DNA of 64,000 bases from Octopus vulgaris (lineage: Eukaryota): assembly GCA_951406725.2 (NCBI GenBank), contig OX597828.1, positions 61,938,001-62,002,000 of the forward strand, read 5' to 3'. The number at the start of each line of letters is the position of its first letter. Positions within the stretch are counted from its first letter, which is position 1. This document shows, one piece after another, positions 13,895 through 25,339 of the stretch. The notes beneath the pieces are model-generated. The model was not told the origin of the DNA, searched no databases, and was given only the letters and a program-made list of their open reading frames with translations. The position numbers and the translations under genes were made by a program.

Positions 13895-13929
<35 letters not shown>

Positions 13930-14688
13930 ATTTTGCTATATTCTTTATTCTTTTTTTTTTAAACAAGTGGCAGGACTAAAAAAAAACCGTAGATTAACTT
14001 TCTTGTTTCAATATAAATGTAAGACAACAAAGTGGATGAGAATGAGGAGATGGGAGAATAATAGAGGAGGGGAAGGAAGAGGAGAGGGAGGAAGAGGAGG
14101 GGAGGAAGAGGAGAGGGAGGAAGAGGAGGGGAAGGAAGAGGAGGGGAGGAAGAGGAGGAGGAGGATGTTACGAAGATTTTTCTTTTTTAACTAAACTCTG
14201 AACACCAAAAGAATTACAATATACAATGGCTTCCAGTTTTAATAATCGTAAGAACCAAACATTGAAACAAAAGAAGCATAACCAATTGGATCGATCTCCG
14301 TTATATGGCCAGTGCTTTATTTTATTGATCTCGATTTGTCCATTCGAACTGTTATTTGTTGTTGATGATGGTGATGATGATGGTGATGATGATGATGATG
14401 ATGATGATGACGGTGACGATGATGACGACGATGATGACGATGGTGATGATGATGATGGTGACGATGATGACGATGACGATGATGATGATGAAGTTCATGG
14501 CGATTTTGATTTTCTGCACCAAGTCAACCCCATTAGGAAGAGCCCGGAACAAAAGACGTGATCCGCCCGTCTTTTGGTGGTACTAAGGACTAATATTTTT
14601 CAATATATCCTACTTTAAGACAGGTAGGTCTGATAGATACGAAGGAGATTTGGCTATTATTTCTAGCAAGTCGAGTGACTGCATAGAT

Positions 14689-16715
14689 CAGGGGTCGGCA
14701 GGCAACGGTCTGCAGGCCGGATCCGGCCGACGAGAACCGATGCCCAATGAGTTGCTGATTTAAAATCTAAGTTGATTGTAATATGAGAGACGAGACTTCC
14801 GAATTAAACAAAAGGCCTGCTGTTACATTCTTCTACAAATTTTCCGATCCATTCTACCTAATGTCCACCACCAACCGGATGTGAACGCTTTGACAGTAAA
14901 AACACAATTAAAATGTCGCGTACGCAGAGCTCCATACATCATTTCTGCTCACACAATACAAAAATAATCACAATAATAATAATAACAATAGAATACCGCA
15001 ACATTTCTACCCAATCACCACCACTCCCGCATAAAAAATAAAACAAACCGCTGAGAGCTAACTCGAGACTGCCGACAGACATAAAATGGCTGCCTCGAAG
15101 GGACAATTGTCTCAGTCGACATACTGCCTTCACTCCGTCAACGGCGACCCTCATCTCTGATTCGTGAAACCGACAACAGTTTACCCCCGCCACCTACCGT
15201 AAGTTACAAGCACTCAATTTCTCGTGCTCGAATTCTTCGTTGGCTTCTGTTCTATTATTACACATTTCCTCTTCTCCAAGAGACTTTTACTGATTTAATT
15301 CATTATTGTATTTTTCAAACAATCCACTTATTGTCATCGTTTAAAATCTCATTTGTTTCTTCTTCTTGTCCTTGCCACCATACACTTAACTATTTCCACC
15401 TTTATCATCATCATCATTATCACCCACATCATACGAGTTATTAGCCATAACCAACTGGTATTTTTACAATTGTAATATGAGAGACGAGGCTTTCGCATAC
15501 AATAAAAGGTCTGCCATTAAAAAAAAAATAGAATTATTCAGATGTAAAATTTTTAATCTAAATCTTAATTTTATCTGTAGGAAAAATTTTCGATGACCAC
15601 GGACGCAAAACGAAGAATGGTAGATGCTGAATGCCGAATTTTCTAAGAAACTTGGATATTAGATTACTTAGATTCATTGAGCACAGTGAGAACCCGATTT
15701 CTTTCATATGTCTAGAAAGCATTGCTGTGAATGAGGTAGCAAATAAGACGACATTATGAGACGCACCATTGTGAAAATTTTAGGGCATTTATTGGACAAG
15801 CAAGGGAAGATGAAGTTGAGCAGTTGAAGTCTAGTTTTGGAAAACAAACGTCGTTTTTTAAAAACAGAAAAGGCGAAAATGTGGCAAAAGTAATTGCCAG
15901 CAATGAAGTCTCAAAACGCATCATTGAAAAGATGAAACCTTTTACAGATGGTTATTTTTTAAAGACTGCTTATTGGCAGTGTTGGATAATGTTTGTCAAA
16001 AAAAAATGGTTTTATTTAAAGCTATCAGCCTGTCTCTGAGGATGGTCACACGGCGGGTTGATGAAATGTCAGCAGATGTTAAAAATCAATTAATCAACGC
16101 CTACAGCGAATTACAATATTTTTCAATTGCAGTCGATGAGAATATAGGCTTAAGTGACACTGCACAACTTGCTGTCTTTGTGCGAGGAGGGACTTCAACT
16201 TTTCAGATCTTTGAAGAGTTTATTCAGTTAATTCCTGTGGAGGAAACTGTAACCGGAGCAGACATCTTTGAAGCTTTCTTGAAAATGATATCAGAAATGA
16301 AGTTTGATTTTTCGAAACTAATTGGCATCACAAATGATGGTGCCCCAGCAATGGCACAAGGCATTGGTCGTCCCGGGGCTATAGCAGAAGACACTTGCCC
16401 AAGATGCCACGCGGTGGGACTGAACCCGGAACCATGTGGTTGGTTAGCAAGCTACTTACCACACAGCCACTCCTGCGCCTATGTATTTTCACGATTTTTT
16501 TTTTAAGAAATTATTCCAACGATGTCTTAAATTGAATAGAGGATGTTTTTCCATTACTACAGTCATCTGTGGTTAATACAAATTACTTGTTAGTATAGTC
16601 AACACTCGTGATTAAAGTTTAGCTTGTGTAATTTTCCCTAATTATTCTTTTATGGCATTCGCCCGGCCCGCTATCCGTCATTAATACTCGATCCGATCCC
16701 TGTTGCCAACCGCTG
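14689..16715 (+). mobile_element. hAT transposon (Charlie/SPIN-like, GTF2IRD2-type transposase), internally deleted, with intact ends
   Basis: TIRs caggggtcggcag and tgttgccaaccgctg; exact 8-bp TSD gcatagat at 14681-14688 and 16716-16723. ORFs contain KPFTDG, SLSLRMVTRRVDEMS, FSIAVDE...DTAQLAVFVR and GITNDGAPAM. Confidence 0.9.
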
Positions 16716-17759
16716 GCATAGATTCTTTGGTTGGCTAGGTGAAACCGTAATGTTGCTGCTCCCATGAAGTAACCAGAACAGCCATCATCCAGTACAACTG
16801 AGATACAACCAAGCCGTCGCCCTTCCGTCTTTTAGGAACAACACAGAGTATCCAAAACAAAATACCCTCATGAATTCATAAAAGTGGAGAATACATTTGA
16901 ATTCGGGTATTCGACAAGAAATCACTATCGACGCTTATAACCGGGAAAGCAAATGAAACTATTCAACGTTCTTTCTCTCTCTCAATCTCTCTCTCTCTCT
17001 CTCCCTCCTTCTCCCTCCCTCTCTCTCCTCTTCCATCTCTTCCTCTCTGTCTCTATCTCACTCTCTTTCCCTCTCTCTTTCTCCATTTGTATCATTCTCT
17101 CACCCCACTCTCTCATTCTCTCATTCACTTTCTCTTTCCCTCTTTCTCTCTCTCTAACTCTCTTCGTCTCTCTCTCTCTCTCTCTCTCTCGATCTGGCTC
17201 TCTTTCTCACTCTCTCCACTCCCTCTTTCCCCTTCTAATTTCTATACTTAATCTGAGAAAAAAACAACTTTTGTGGTTACATTCATAACCTTTCTCTCTG
17301 TATTGGTTTTGGTTTTCAGAAATAGGTTTAAATCAGACAGGGCAGTTATAGATCCAGTTGAGATGGAAAACATATATGCGACTGGAATTATTTAGATTAT
17401 TTCTTTTAGCAACGAAATAAATGCAAAATAAACTAAACAGGATTCTACAGCTGAAGCTTAGTTATAGATACGAAGCAACTAAAAAATAAACTAATGTAAG
17501 CGACAATCTGTTATCGTTTACTTGTTTCATTCATTTGATTGCGACCAAGCTGGTTCCACAATGAAGGGATTTAGTCGAACAAATCAACCCCAGAATTTAC
17601 TTTTCAGTTTTAATATTTATTCTATCGGTCTCTTTTACTGAACCGCTACGTTACGGGCTCATAAACAAACCAGCACCAGTTGTCAAGCAGCAGTGAGGAC
17701 AAAGACACACATAAAGACGCACTCACACGCACATACACACACACACACACATTTATATA

Positions 17760-18850
17760 CAGGGTGCGATGAATAAGATGTCGTCTAATTTACACAAAAA
17801 TGAAAATAACAGACATCTCATTTTAATAGATATGTTTACCAAAATTACATAAAAATATCTTGAAATACTAAAGAGTAAATATATTCAATAAAATCGTCAT
17901 TGGCTTCAACCACGGCCTCCAGACGACTTCGGAATCACCTGCGACTCTTCTAGACCGTCTCCTTGTTTAAGCTGGTGAGTGCTGCCATAATTCTTGCCTT
18001 CAGTTCATCTTCGGTGCTACAAGAAGTCTTGTTGGGCTCTCGCTCAACCGTGCTACTCACATAATAATCAGGGGGATACCGTTTGAGGAGTGAGATGTTG
18101 TCTGACAGTCATGACTGGGTTCTCCTGTTTGTGTGGTATGGTGCAGAGTCCTGTTGCCAAACATAGGGTTTTCCAGCAGCCACCCTCTTGAACCAGGGCA
18201 GCACATCCTCCAGTCACTTGATGTAGGCGTCCTCCGTGTTGAGTGTGAGGCCGTGTGGGAAGAGTCATAACGTCGCCATCACTAGTGATCACATCAAACA
18301 CTATGATGTTGACTGGATGTTTGATTTTTATCACTTTCGGACACGGCAAACCAATGGTTGTTCTGTGAGTTCATCATCTGATCCTGGCAGAAATTTTTCT
18401 CGTCTGAGAAAAAACAAAGCATGTTCGGTTGGAGGAGATGCTTGAGTTTGTTCAAAAGCTTCGTAGCGCGGTCTTTCCACTTGTCCTTGATGGCTTGGGA
18501 TAAAAATTTCTCACCTTGTATAAAGAATACCGAATGTCTTCATGCACTACCTGCCTGATAATAAACTCAGATACTCTCATGTCCCTAGCGATGAACTTGA
18601 TTGACTTGGAGGGATCATTGTCAGTCATGACCTGGATCTCACCAACAAACTCGGGAGTTCTTTTCTTATCAGAACAATCAGAGTAAGTTTTCCGTAATCA
18701 CCATCAGACTCATCCAACTCTTTTCAAATCCTCTGCACTCTCCTCAGATTGACATCCAAACACTCTGAAATGTTCGTATTGGAGCTTCCGGCGCGAATGC
18801 CAAGCAGTACAGCATGTCGTTTCCAAATTTCTGGAATGGCGATAATTGCG
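17760..18850 (-). mobile_element. Tc1/mariner superfamily (DD37D/maT-like) transposon, degenerate
   Basis: TA-cagggtg terminus at 17758-17766. Minus strand gives FFSDEKNFCQDQMMN, KHPVNIIVFDVITSDGD and RSRLEAVVEANDDFIE. Confidence 0.75.
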
Positions 18851-18886
<36 letters not shown>

Positions 18887-18888
<2 letters not shown>

Positions 18889-19258
18889 AGGCGCAATGGC
18901 CTAGTGGTTAGGGCAGCTGACTCGCGGTCGTGGGATCGCGGTTTCGATTCCCAAATCGGACTTTGTTGTTGAGTGAAAACACCTAAAGCTTCATGAGGAT
19001 CCGGCAGCGTGTGGTGGCGGACTCTGCTGTATTCTTTCACAATAACTTTCTCTCACTCTTTCTTCCTGTTTCTGTTGTACCTGTATTTCGAAGAGCCAAC
19101 ATTGTCACACGCTGCGTCACGCTGAATCTCCCCGAGAACTACGTTAAGGGTACACGTGTCTGTGGAGTGCTCAGCCACTTGCACGTTAATTTCATGAGCA
19201 GGCTGTTCCGTTGATCGGATCAACTGGAACCCTCGCCGTCGTAACCGACGGACTGTCA

Positions 19259-19260
<2 letters not shown>
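18887..19260 (+). mobile_element. tRNA-derived SINE family B
   Basis: ggaggcgcaaTGGCCTAGTGGttagggc...GGTTTCGATTCC A/B boxes. Related copies at 28700-28897(-) and 28985-29270(+). Confidence 0.8.
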
Positions 19261-19332
<72 letters not shown>

Positions 19333-19809
19333 CGGGCTTCTTTCAGTTTCCGTTAACCAAATCCACTCATGAGGCTTTGGTCTGCCTTAAGCTATAGTAA
19401 AAGACATTTGTCCAAGGTGCCACGCAGTAGGACTGAATCCGGAACCATGTGGTTGGGCAGCCAACTTCTTTCCACATAGCCATGCCTGTCAATCATCTTG
19501 GTAATAAAATAATCGAATAGGAATACATTGATTGGTAATTGATGGAGGTTCGGTTATTTAACATAATATATTTTGACCATTGTATGGCTTTGACAATAGA
19601 TGCATTTGGGTGTATATATGTTCTCGTGTGCGTGCGCGTAGGCGTAGGTGTATATCTGTGTGCGTGAAGAGGGTGTAGTGTAATTGTTATTAAGATGGCT
19701 TTAAACCTTTTTCCACGACAGAATAAAACAATAAAACTCATCGGCCTTTGGATATATAATTATATATAAATATATATATACGCACGTGTTTGCTTGCGTG
19801 TAGGTATGT

Positions 19810-19873
<64 letters not shown>

Positions 19874-20353
19874 TGTGCGTGTGTGCGTGCGTGCGTGCAT
19901 GAGTATGTGTATGCCCTCTGCGCATTTCAGTTGATGTTGTATACGTCAAATTTCATTTCAAAGACGTGCTCGCTATCTCTGAGATGTGTTCATATATGAC
20001 AAGTCAGAGCTGTCCCACTCACTCTTAAAAGACATACTGGAAGCTTCCAAATAACGACGACGACAAACGATATTTTTGTCATGCTCTACATTTCAATATC
20101 AGTCGCAACGTATTGCCCACTTTACATCAACCCCACTCGCCCATTCACAGCATTAGAGGGGGGAAAGAAACAATATATTTTCTTACGTATGTATGTATGT
20201 ATGTATGTATGTATGCAATGTGTGTGTGCGTGTGTGTGTATGGTTCATGGTTCAGACCCACTGCGTAGTAACTTGGCCAAGTGTCTTCTGCTATAGCCTC
20301 GACCAAATTCACGTGAATGGATTTAATAGATGGAAAACTGAAAGAAGCCTGTC

Positions 20354-20403
<50 letters not shown>

Positions 20404-21068
20404 TCAGGATTAAATAAAAAAAATAATAAACGGCAAATATGACCTAACTATGTATATAATTTTAAAAACCTCAGTAAATAAACAAACGAACATATACTAA
20501 ATACACAAACGGACAGAATGTCACCAATTCTTTGTCAGTTATCGGCCAGAGGGTCAAACGCAATTTCGGCTATTATCGATGATATTGTTTCCACTCTGGA
20601 GACACCGACAAGAAACTTGTCGGGATTAGGACCTAAACATAACAAAACGAAACGGGATCGAGACGAGACTGTTAGTAGACAGACGGTCTACGAAAACAAT
20701 AAACAGAATAAAGACTTATGGCCACACGAAGGCAACAATTAATAATAATACATATACAACGTAAAACCTTGGAGCTGCAGGACAAGACAAAAATGGGTAA
20801 CGCGGAGAAGTGAAAACTGTCCTAAAGGACTATATTCGAGAGGGGTAGAGCGAGGAACTCAGAAAATCGTGTCCAGTACGGTCGAAGGCAACGCGTAAAA
20901 GAATGACACCACCTTAGGTCGTCACAGGTCACGTGGTTGTGGGAGGATGGTAACAGAGAAAGACAGAGAGGGAGAGAGAAAAAAAGGAAATTAAGTGAAG
21001 CAAAATAAAGGAAAGAGACAGTGGCACGAAAGATATTCCCCGAATATTTCTACAAATGAGTAATATGT

Positions 21069-21189
<121 letters not shown>

Positions 21190-21554
21190 TGTGTGTCTTT
21201 GTGTCTCTGTGTGTCCCCTAGCACCGCTTGTCAACCGGTGCTGGTGTATTTATGTCACTGTAGTTATGTGGTTCGGAAAAAGTGATTGTTAGAACAAGTA
21301 CCAGACTTTTAAAAAAGTGTAATAAGTACTGGGGTTAATTAATTCAAGCAAAACTTCTTCAAGGCAGTGCTCCAGCATGGTCACAGTCTAATGGCTGAAA
21401 TGAGTAAAAGTAAAAGGGAGAAAAGAATATATATGTATACACACACACACACACACACACATAAGTGCCTATTCATGTGTTTGCCCTGCGTTCGTTTACC
21501 ATCTTTCGAAACGGAAATAATTTCGTATTTGCCGTTCTTTTCTGAACTCGTTAC

Positions 21555-21619
<65 letters not shown>

Positions 21620-21674
21620 CAGCAGTAAAATCGTTAAAGAGAGTACAGTGAACTTGCTGTGAGGAGAGAAAAAT

Positions 21675-21912
21675 CGAATGCTTCGGACAGTGTCCTTTTT
21701 CAAAGAAAAGATGAAAATGAATAAATGATTTGATAGCAGTTTTACATCCTCTAAGTTAAAAAGAAACAAACTGACAGCTACTGTATGTACACGTGTGTAT
21801 GTGAACGTGTGCCGGTGCTTTTAACTCAGAGGATGTAAAGCTGTACTATCTCTCGTTTATTTTCTCATTTCGACTTTTCCCTGAAGAAAGACGCTATCCG
21901 AAACGTTGGATA
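21675..21912. mobile_element. Old inverted pair of a ~90-bp hammerhead-bearing unit (Penelope pLTR-like)
   Basis: 21675-21761 is a diverged reverse complement of 21819-21910. The right arm reads ttttcc-CTGAAGA-aagacgctatcc-GAAA-cg-TT-ggatag. Confidence 0.55.
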
Positions 21913-22473
21913 GTTTACTTTTCTGTTATCGTTAGGATCAACAAAGTATTCCATCCCGTGAGAGATAAATTTTATTTAATGTACAGTATTTAAGTAAGAG
22001 CTACTGATAGTTTCATGTCAATGAGACATGATAATTTGGCAGATTTATATAATGTACCATGTCTCCAAGCGACCTTTTAGGCTTAGTGCACATAGCTCTA
22101 TTTGAAAACCAGGACTCTGGTCCGTGAGAAAACACGAGAAGAAAAAAAGAACGAGATAAAACGAATATGTTGAGGCAAAAGCAGAACGAAAAGGCAAAAG
22201 GTGAATAAAAACAAAAAAAGAAAGGAGAGAAAAGAAAAGAAAGAAGACTAAGAATTGCATCCCCAGGGTGAGCAGAAATCATAGAAACCAGTTAGATTAA
22301 TTATGATTTGTATAGCTGAACGAACTCATCCTTTTATAATCTAAGAACTGCACCGATATTTTAAAATAGTTTTCGGAAACTGTCACCAATAGCAAGCGTC
22401 TTGCCAATATAATCGTGCATTTAATCACTATAGGTATATACGAGATTACTGCAGATTTTGTATATATACACAT

Positions 22474-22550
<77 letters not shown>

Positions 22551-22552
<2 letters not shown>

Positions 22553-23538
22553 ATAGAAATATTAAAATTACTAAGTCTCTCTAAAAGAGATTACGGCAGC
22601 GTTACTGGAAATTAATTGTTATCGCCATATTAATATGGCAGTCTTATAGATATAAGACTAAAAGCTGTCGCTGATTAGCTCCATGAGGCCATCGCCTTAA
22701 GATAGCTATTTGACACACAAACTGTGTCCATTATACCTTCGAACAAGGGAGGTCAGCCGCTTCACACTGCTAGTCAGACAGCTACAGACGCGTTTCAGGG
22801 TATTTGCCCTTTGTCAATGTAGCGTAGTCGACCCAGCAGGTGTCGCCACTGATCGTCTCTGTTCGAAAGCTTTATTTACCTAGTTTCGGTGGAATACATC
22901 CACTTGTTTTCAATAATAGAAATATTAAAATTACTAAGTCTCTCTAAAAGAGATTACGGCAGCGTTACTGGAAATTAATTGTTATCGCCATATTAATATG
23001 GCAGTCTTATAGATATAAGACTAAAAGCTGTCGCTGATTAGCTCCATGAGGCCATCGCCTTAAGATAGCTATTTGACACACAAACTGTGTCCATTATAAC
23101 CTTCGAACAAGGGAGGTCAGCCGCTTCACACTGCTAGTCAGACAGCTACAGACGCGTTTCAGGGTATTTGCCCTTTGTCAATGTAGCGTAGTCGACCCAG
23201 CTGGTGTCGCCACTGATCGCCTCTGTTCGAAGGTTTGTGTGTCAAATAGCTATCTTAAGGCGATGGCCACTGATCGTCTTCGAACAGAGACGATCAGTGG
23301 CGACACCTGCTGGGTCGACTACGCTACATTGACAAAGGGCAAATACCATGAAACGCGTCTGTAGCTGTCTGACTAGCAGTGTGAAGCGGCTGACCTCCCT
23401 TGTTCGAAGGTTATAATGGACACAGTTTGTGTGTCAAATAGCTATCTTAAGGCGATGGCCTCATGGAGCTAATCAGCGACAGCTTTTAGTCTTATATCTA
23501 TAAGACTGCCATATTAATATGGCGATAACAATTAATTT
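22551..23538. mobile_element. 363-bp unit present as two direct copies plus one inverted copy, each carrying a hammerhead (retrozyme / pLTR-like), inserted in (TA)n
   Basis: Unit 1 is 22551-22913, unit 2 is 22914-23231 and the inverted copy is 23279-23538; the copies are near-identical, with (TA)n on both flanks. Confidence 0.85.
22781..22823 (-). ncRNA. Minimal hammerhead ribozyme, U3-A8 core variant (second copy at 23145-23187 on -, third at 23323-23365 on +)
   Basis: gctaca-TTGACAA-aggg-caaata-ccct-GAAA-cgcg-TC-tgtagc: perfect 6-bp helix I, 4-bp helix II, palindromic ACGCGT helix III, GUC triplet. Confidence 0.8.
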
Positions 23539-23564
23539 ATATATATATATATATATATATATCA

Positions 23565-24813
23565 CGAAGGTTTTTTCTTCACTCATTAAAAAACTTTTAT
23601 ACGCTGACGATTGTGATCTTGTCAGTCATTCTGAGTTCTGAAACAGGTCTGCAATCTGTTGTATCTGCATTTGACTCAGCTTGTGATGATTTTGGCTTGA
23701 CCATCGACTTGAAAAAAAAAACAGTTGTAATGTATCAACCTGCATGTGGTTCTGTTTGCAACCTCACTAAAATTTTTGATAAGGGTAATTTACTTGAGAT
23801 TGTTGATTCGTTCATCTACCTTGGAAGCTCTGTACAAAATAATGGAAATCTGGATACAGAAATACATCTGCGAATTCAAAGGGCAGCACAAGCATTTGGT
23901 GGCTTGGAGTCACGCGTTTGGCGCCAGCGACATATAAATAACAATACAAAGTTAGCTCTTTCCAAATCATTTATCTTACCATCCCTGTTGTATTCTTCTG
24001 AAACATGGACATGTTATGAAAGACATTTTAAATTGTTAGAACAATTCCTCGAAAAATGCCTTCATCGCATTTTAAACATTAAATGGAGTTCTTTTACTCC
24101 AAAGATGTCCTTGCATCTACAATTAAAGCTATGATTTTGAAAAACCAAATTAGATGGTGTGGCCATATTGTTCGAATGGCGGATGAGCACAAGCCCAAAC
24201 AATTGTTTTATGGTGAGCATGCAGAGGGGAAATGCTATCGGTGTAAACCTAAAAAATGGTTTAAATACGGCATAATGACTACTATGAAGTCACTTGGAAT
24301 TGATCCAGAGTACATAGAAACCCTTACTTCGGATCGAGCTGGATGGCGAAGTGTAGAGTGGAGTGAAAGCGTTTGAAAAGGCAAGGATAAGGCATGCAAG
24401 ACTGAAGAAAGATTTAAGGAAGAATGTTACGATAGAGAAGGTGAATTACAATGATCTTTTTGTGTGCGTATATTGTGACAGACCATACCTTTCTTTTGCT
24501 GGGCTCAAATCTCATTTGCGAACCCATGGAAAACGAACCTCCACCAAGTATTTTGCCTATATGTATGTGCTCACCTTTCAATGCAATGTATATCAGAAGG
24601 TTTGCAAATCTACGGAGGCCTCAATAGAGCTTTTAAGATTCACAAAACTCAGAATTTATCTGCAGCTCTTGGTAGTCCAAATCGGATATGCAGTCTATGT
24701 GGGTGTCTTTTCAGAACATTGTCTGGTTTAAAAAGCCATATCAGATGCCATAATGGTTTTAAGGTGTAGGTACATGAGGTGGCCAAACTCTGCATAAGGA
24801 GTAAACAATCCTC

Positions 24814-24844
<31 letters not shown>

Positions 24845-24852
24845 TGTATGTA
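23565..24852 (+). mobile_element. 5'-truncated RTE LINE with C-terminal C2H2 zinc fingers and a (TATG)n tail
   Basis: LLYADDCDL, FGLTIDLKKKTVVMYQ, FIYLGS, LLYSSETWT, QIRWCGHIVRM..PKQLFYGE, followed by CVYC...HLRTH, CNVY...FKIH and CSLC...HIRCH. Confidence 0.9.
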
Positions 24853-24915
24853 CATTTGAGTGACTGGAGAAACGAAATAAAAAGGCATTCAACACATTTG
24901 GTAGGATTTTCATGT

Positions 24916-25085
24916 ATTATTATTACTTAAACCAGTTTGATTCGACACCATGCGACTTAATATTTCGCGGGCTTCTAACAGAAACCTGTCTCTTTCAGGC
25001 TTAAATTAACGATACCGGTTTCTGCCAGAGGCCCGCGAAACTTAAATCATATAGGGCCGAATCAAACTGTTTTTGATAATATTAA
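24916..25085. repeat. Imperfect ~170-bp palindrome (MITE-like foldback)
   Basis: Paired arms cagtttgattcg/cgaatcaaactg, tttcgcgggcttct/agaggcccgcgaaa and cagaaacc/ggtttctg. Confidence 0.7.
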
Positions 25086-25086
25086 C

Positions 25087-25127
<41 letters not shown>

Positions 25128-25128
<1 letters not shown>

Positions 25129-25268
25129 TTAACTTTAAAAAAAAAATGAACGAACTAGTGAGTTTAGTTTAATGGCCTACCAATGTATACTATGAGTTTC
25201 TCTGCCCTAGGAGTCGGGAAGACACTCGCCAAGAAATGGAAGCAAATTTGAAAGAAGAAAAAAAAAGA
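25128..25268 (+). mobile_element. 3' UTR fragment of R4/Dong family 2 between (TAA)n tracts
   Basis: Nearly identical to 36555-36710. Confidence 0.8.
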
Positions 25269-25270
25269 TG

Positions 25271-25338
<68 letters not shown>

Positions 25339-25339
25339 C

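Noticed and set aside
14226-14561. Acidic poly-Asp ORF
   Set aside because: Driven by a (GAT/GAC)n microsatellite; the flanking peptide is unrecognisable.
20519-20926. Solo LTR (TGTCAC...GTCACA); similarly 50578-50835 (TGTAG...CTACA)
   Set aside because: No matching target-site duplications and no PBS, PPT or internal domain.
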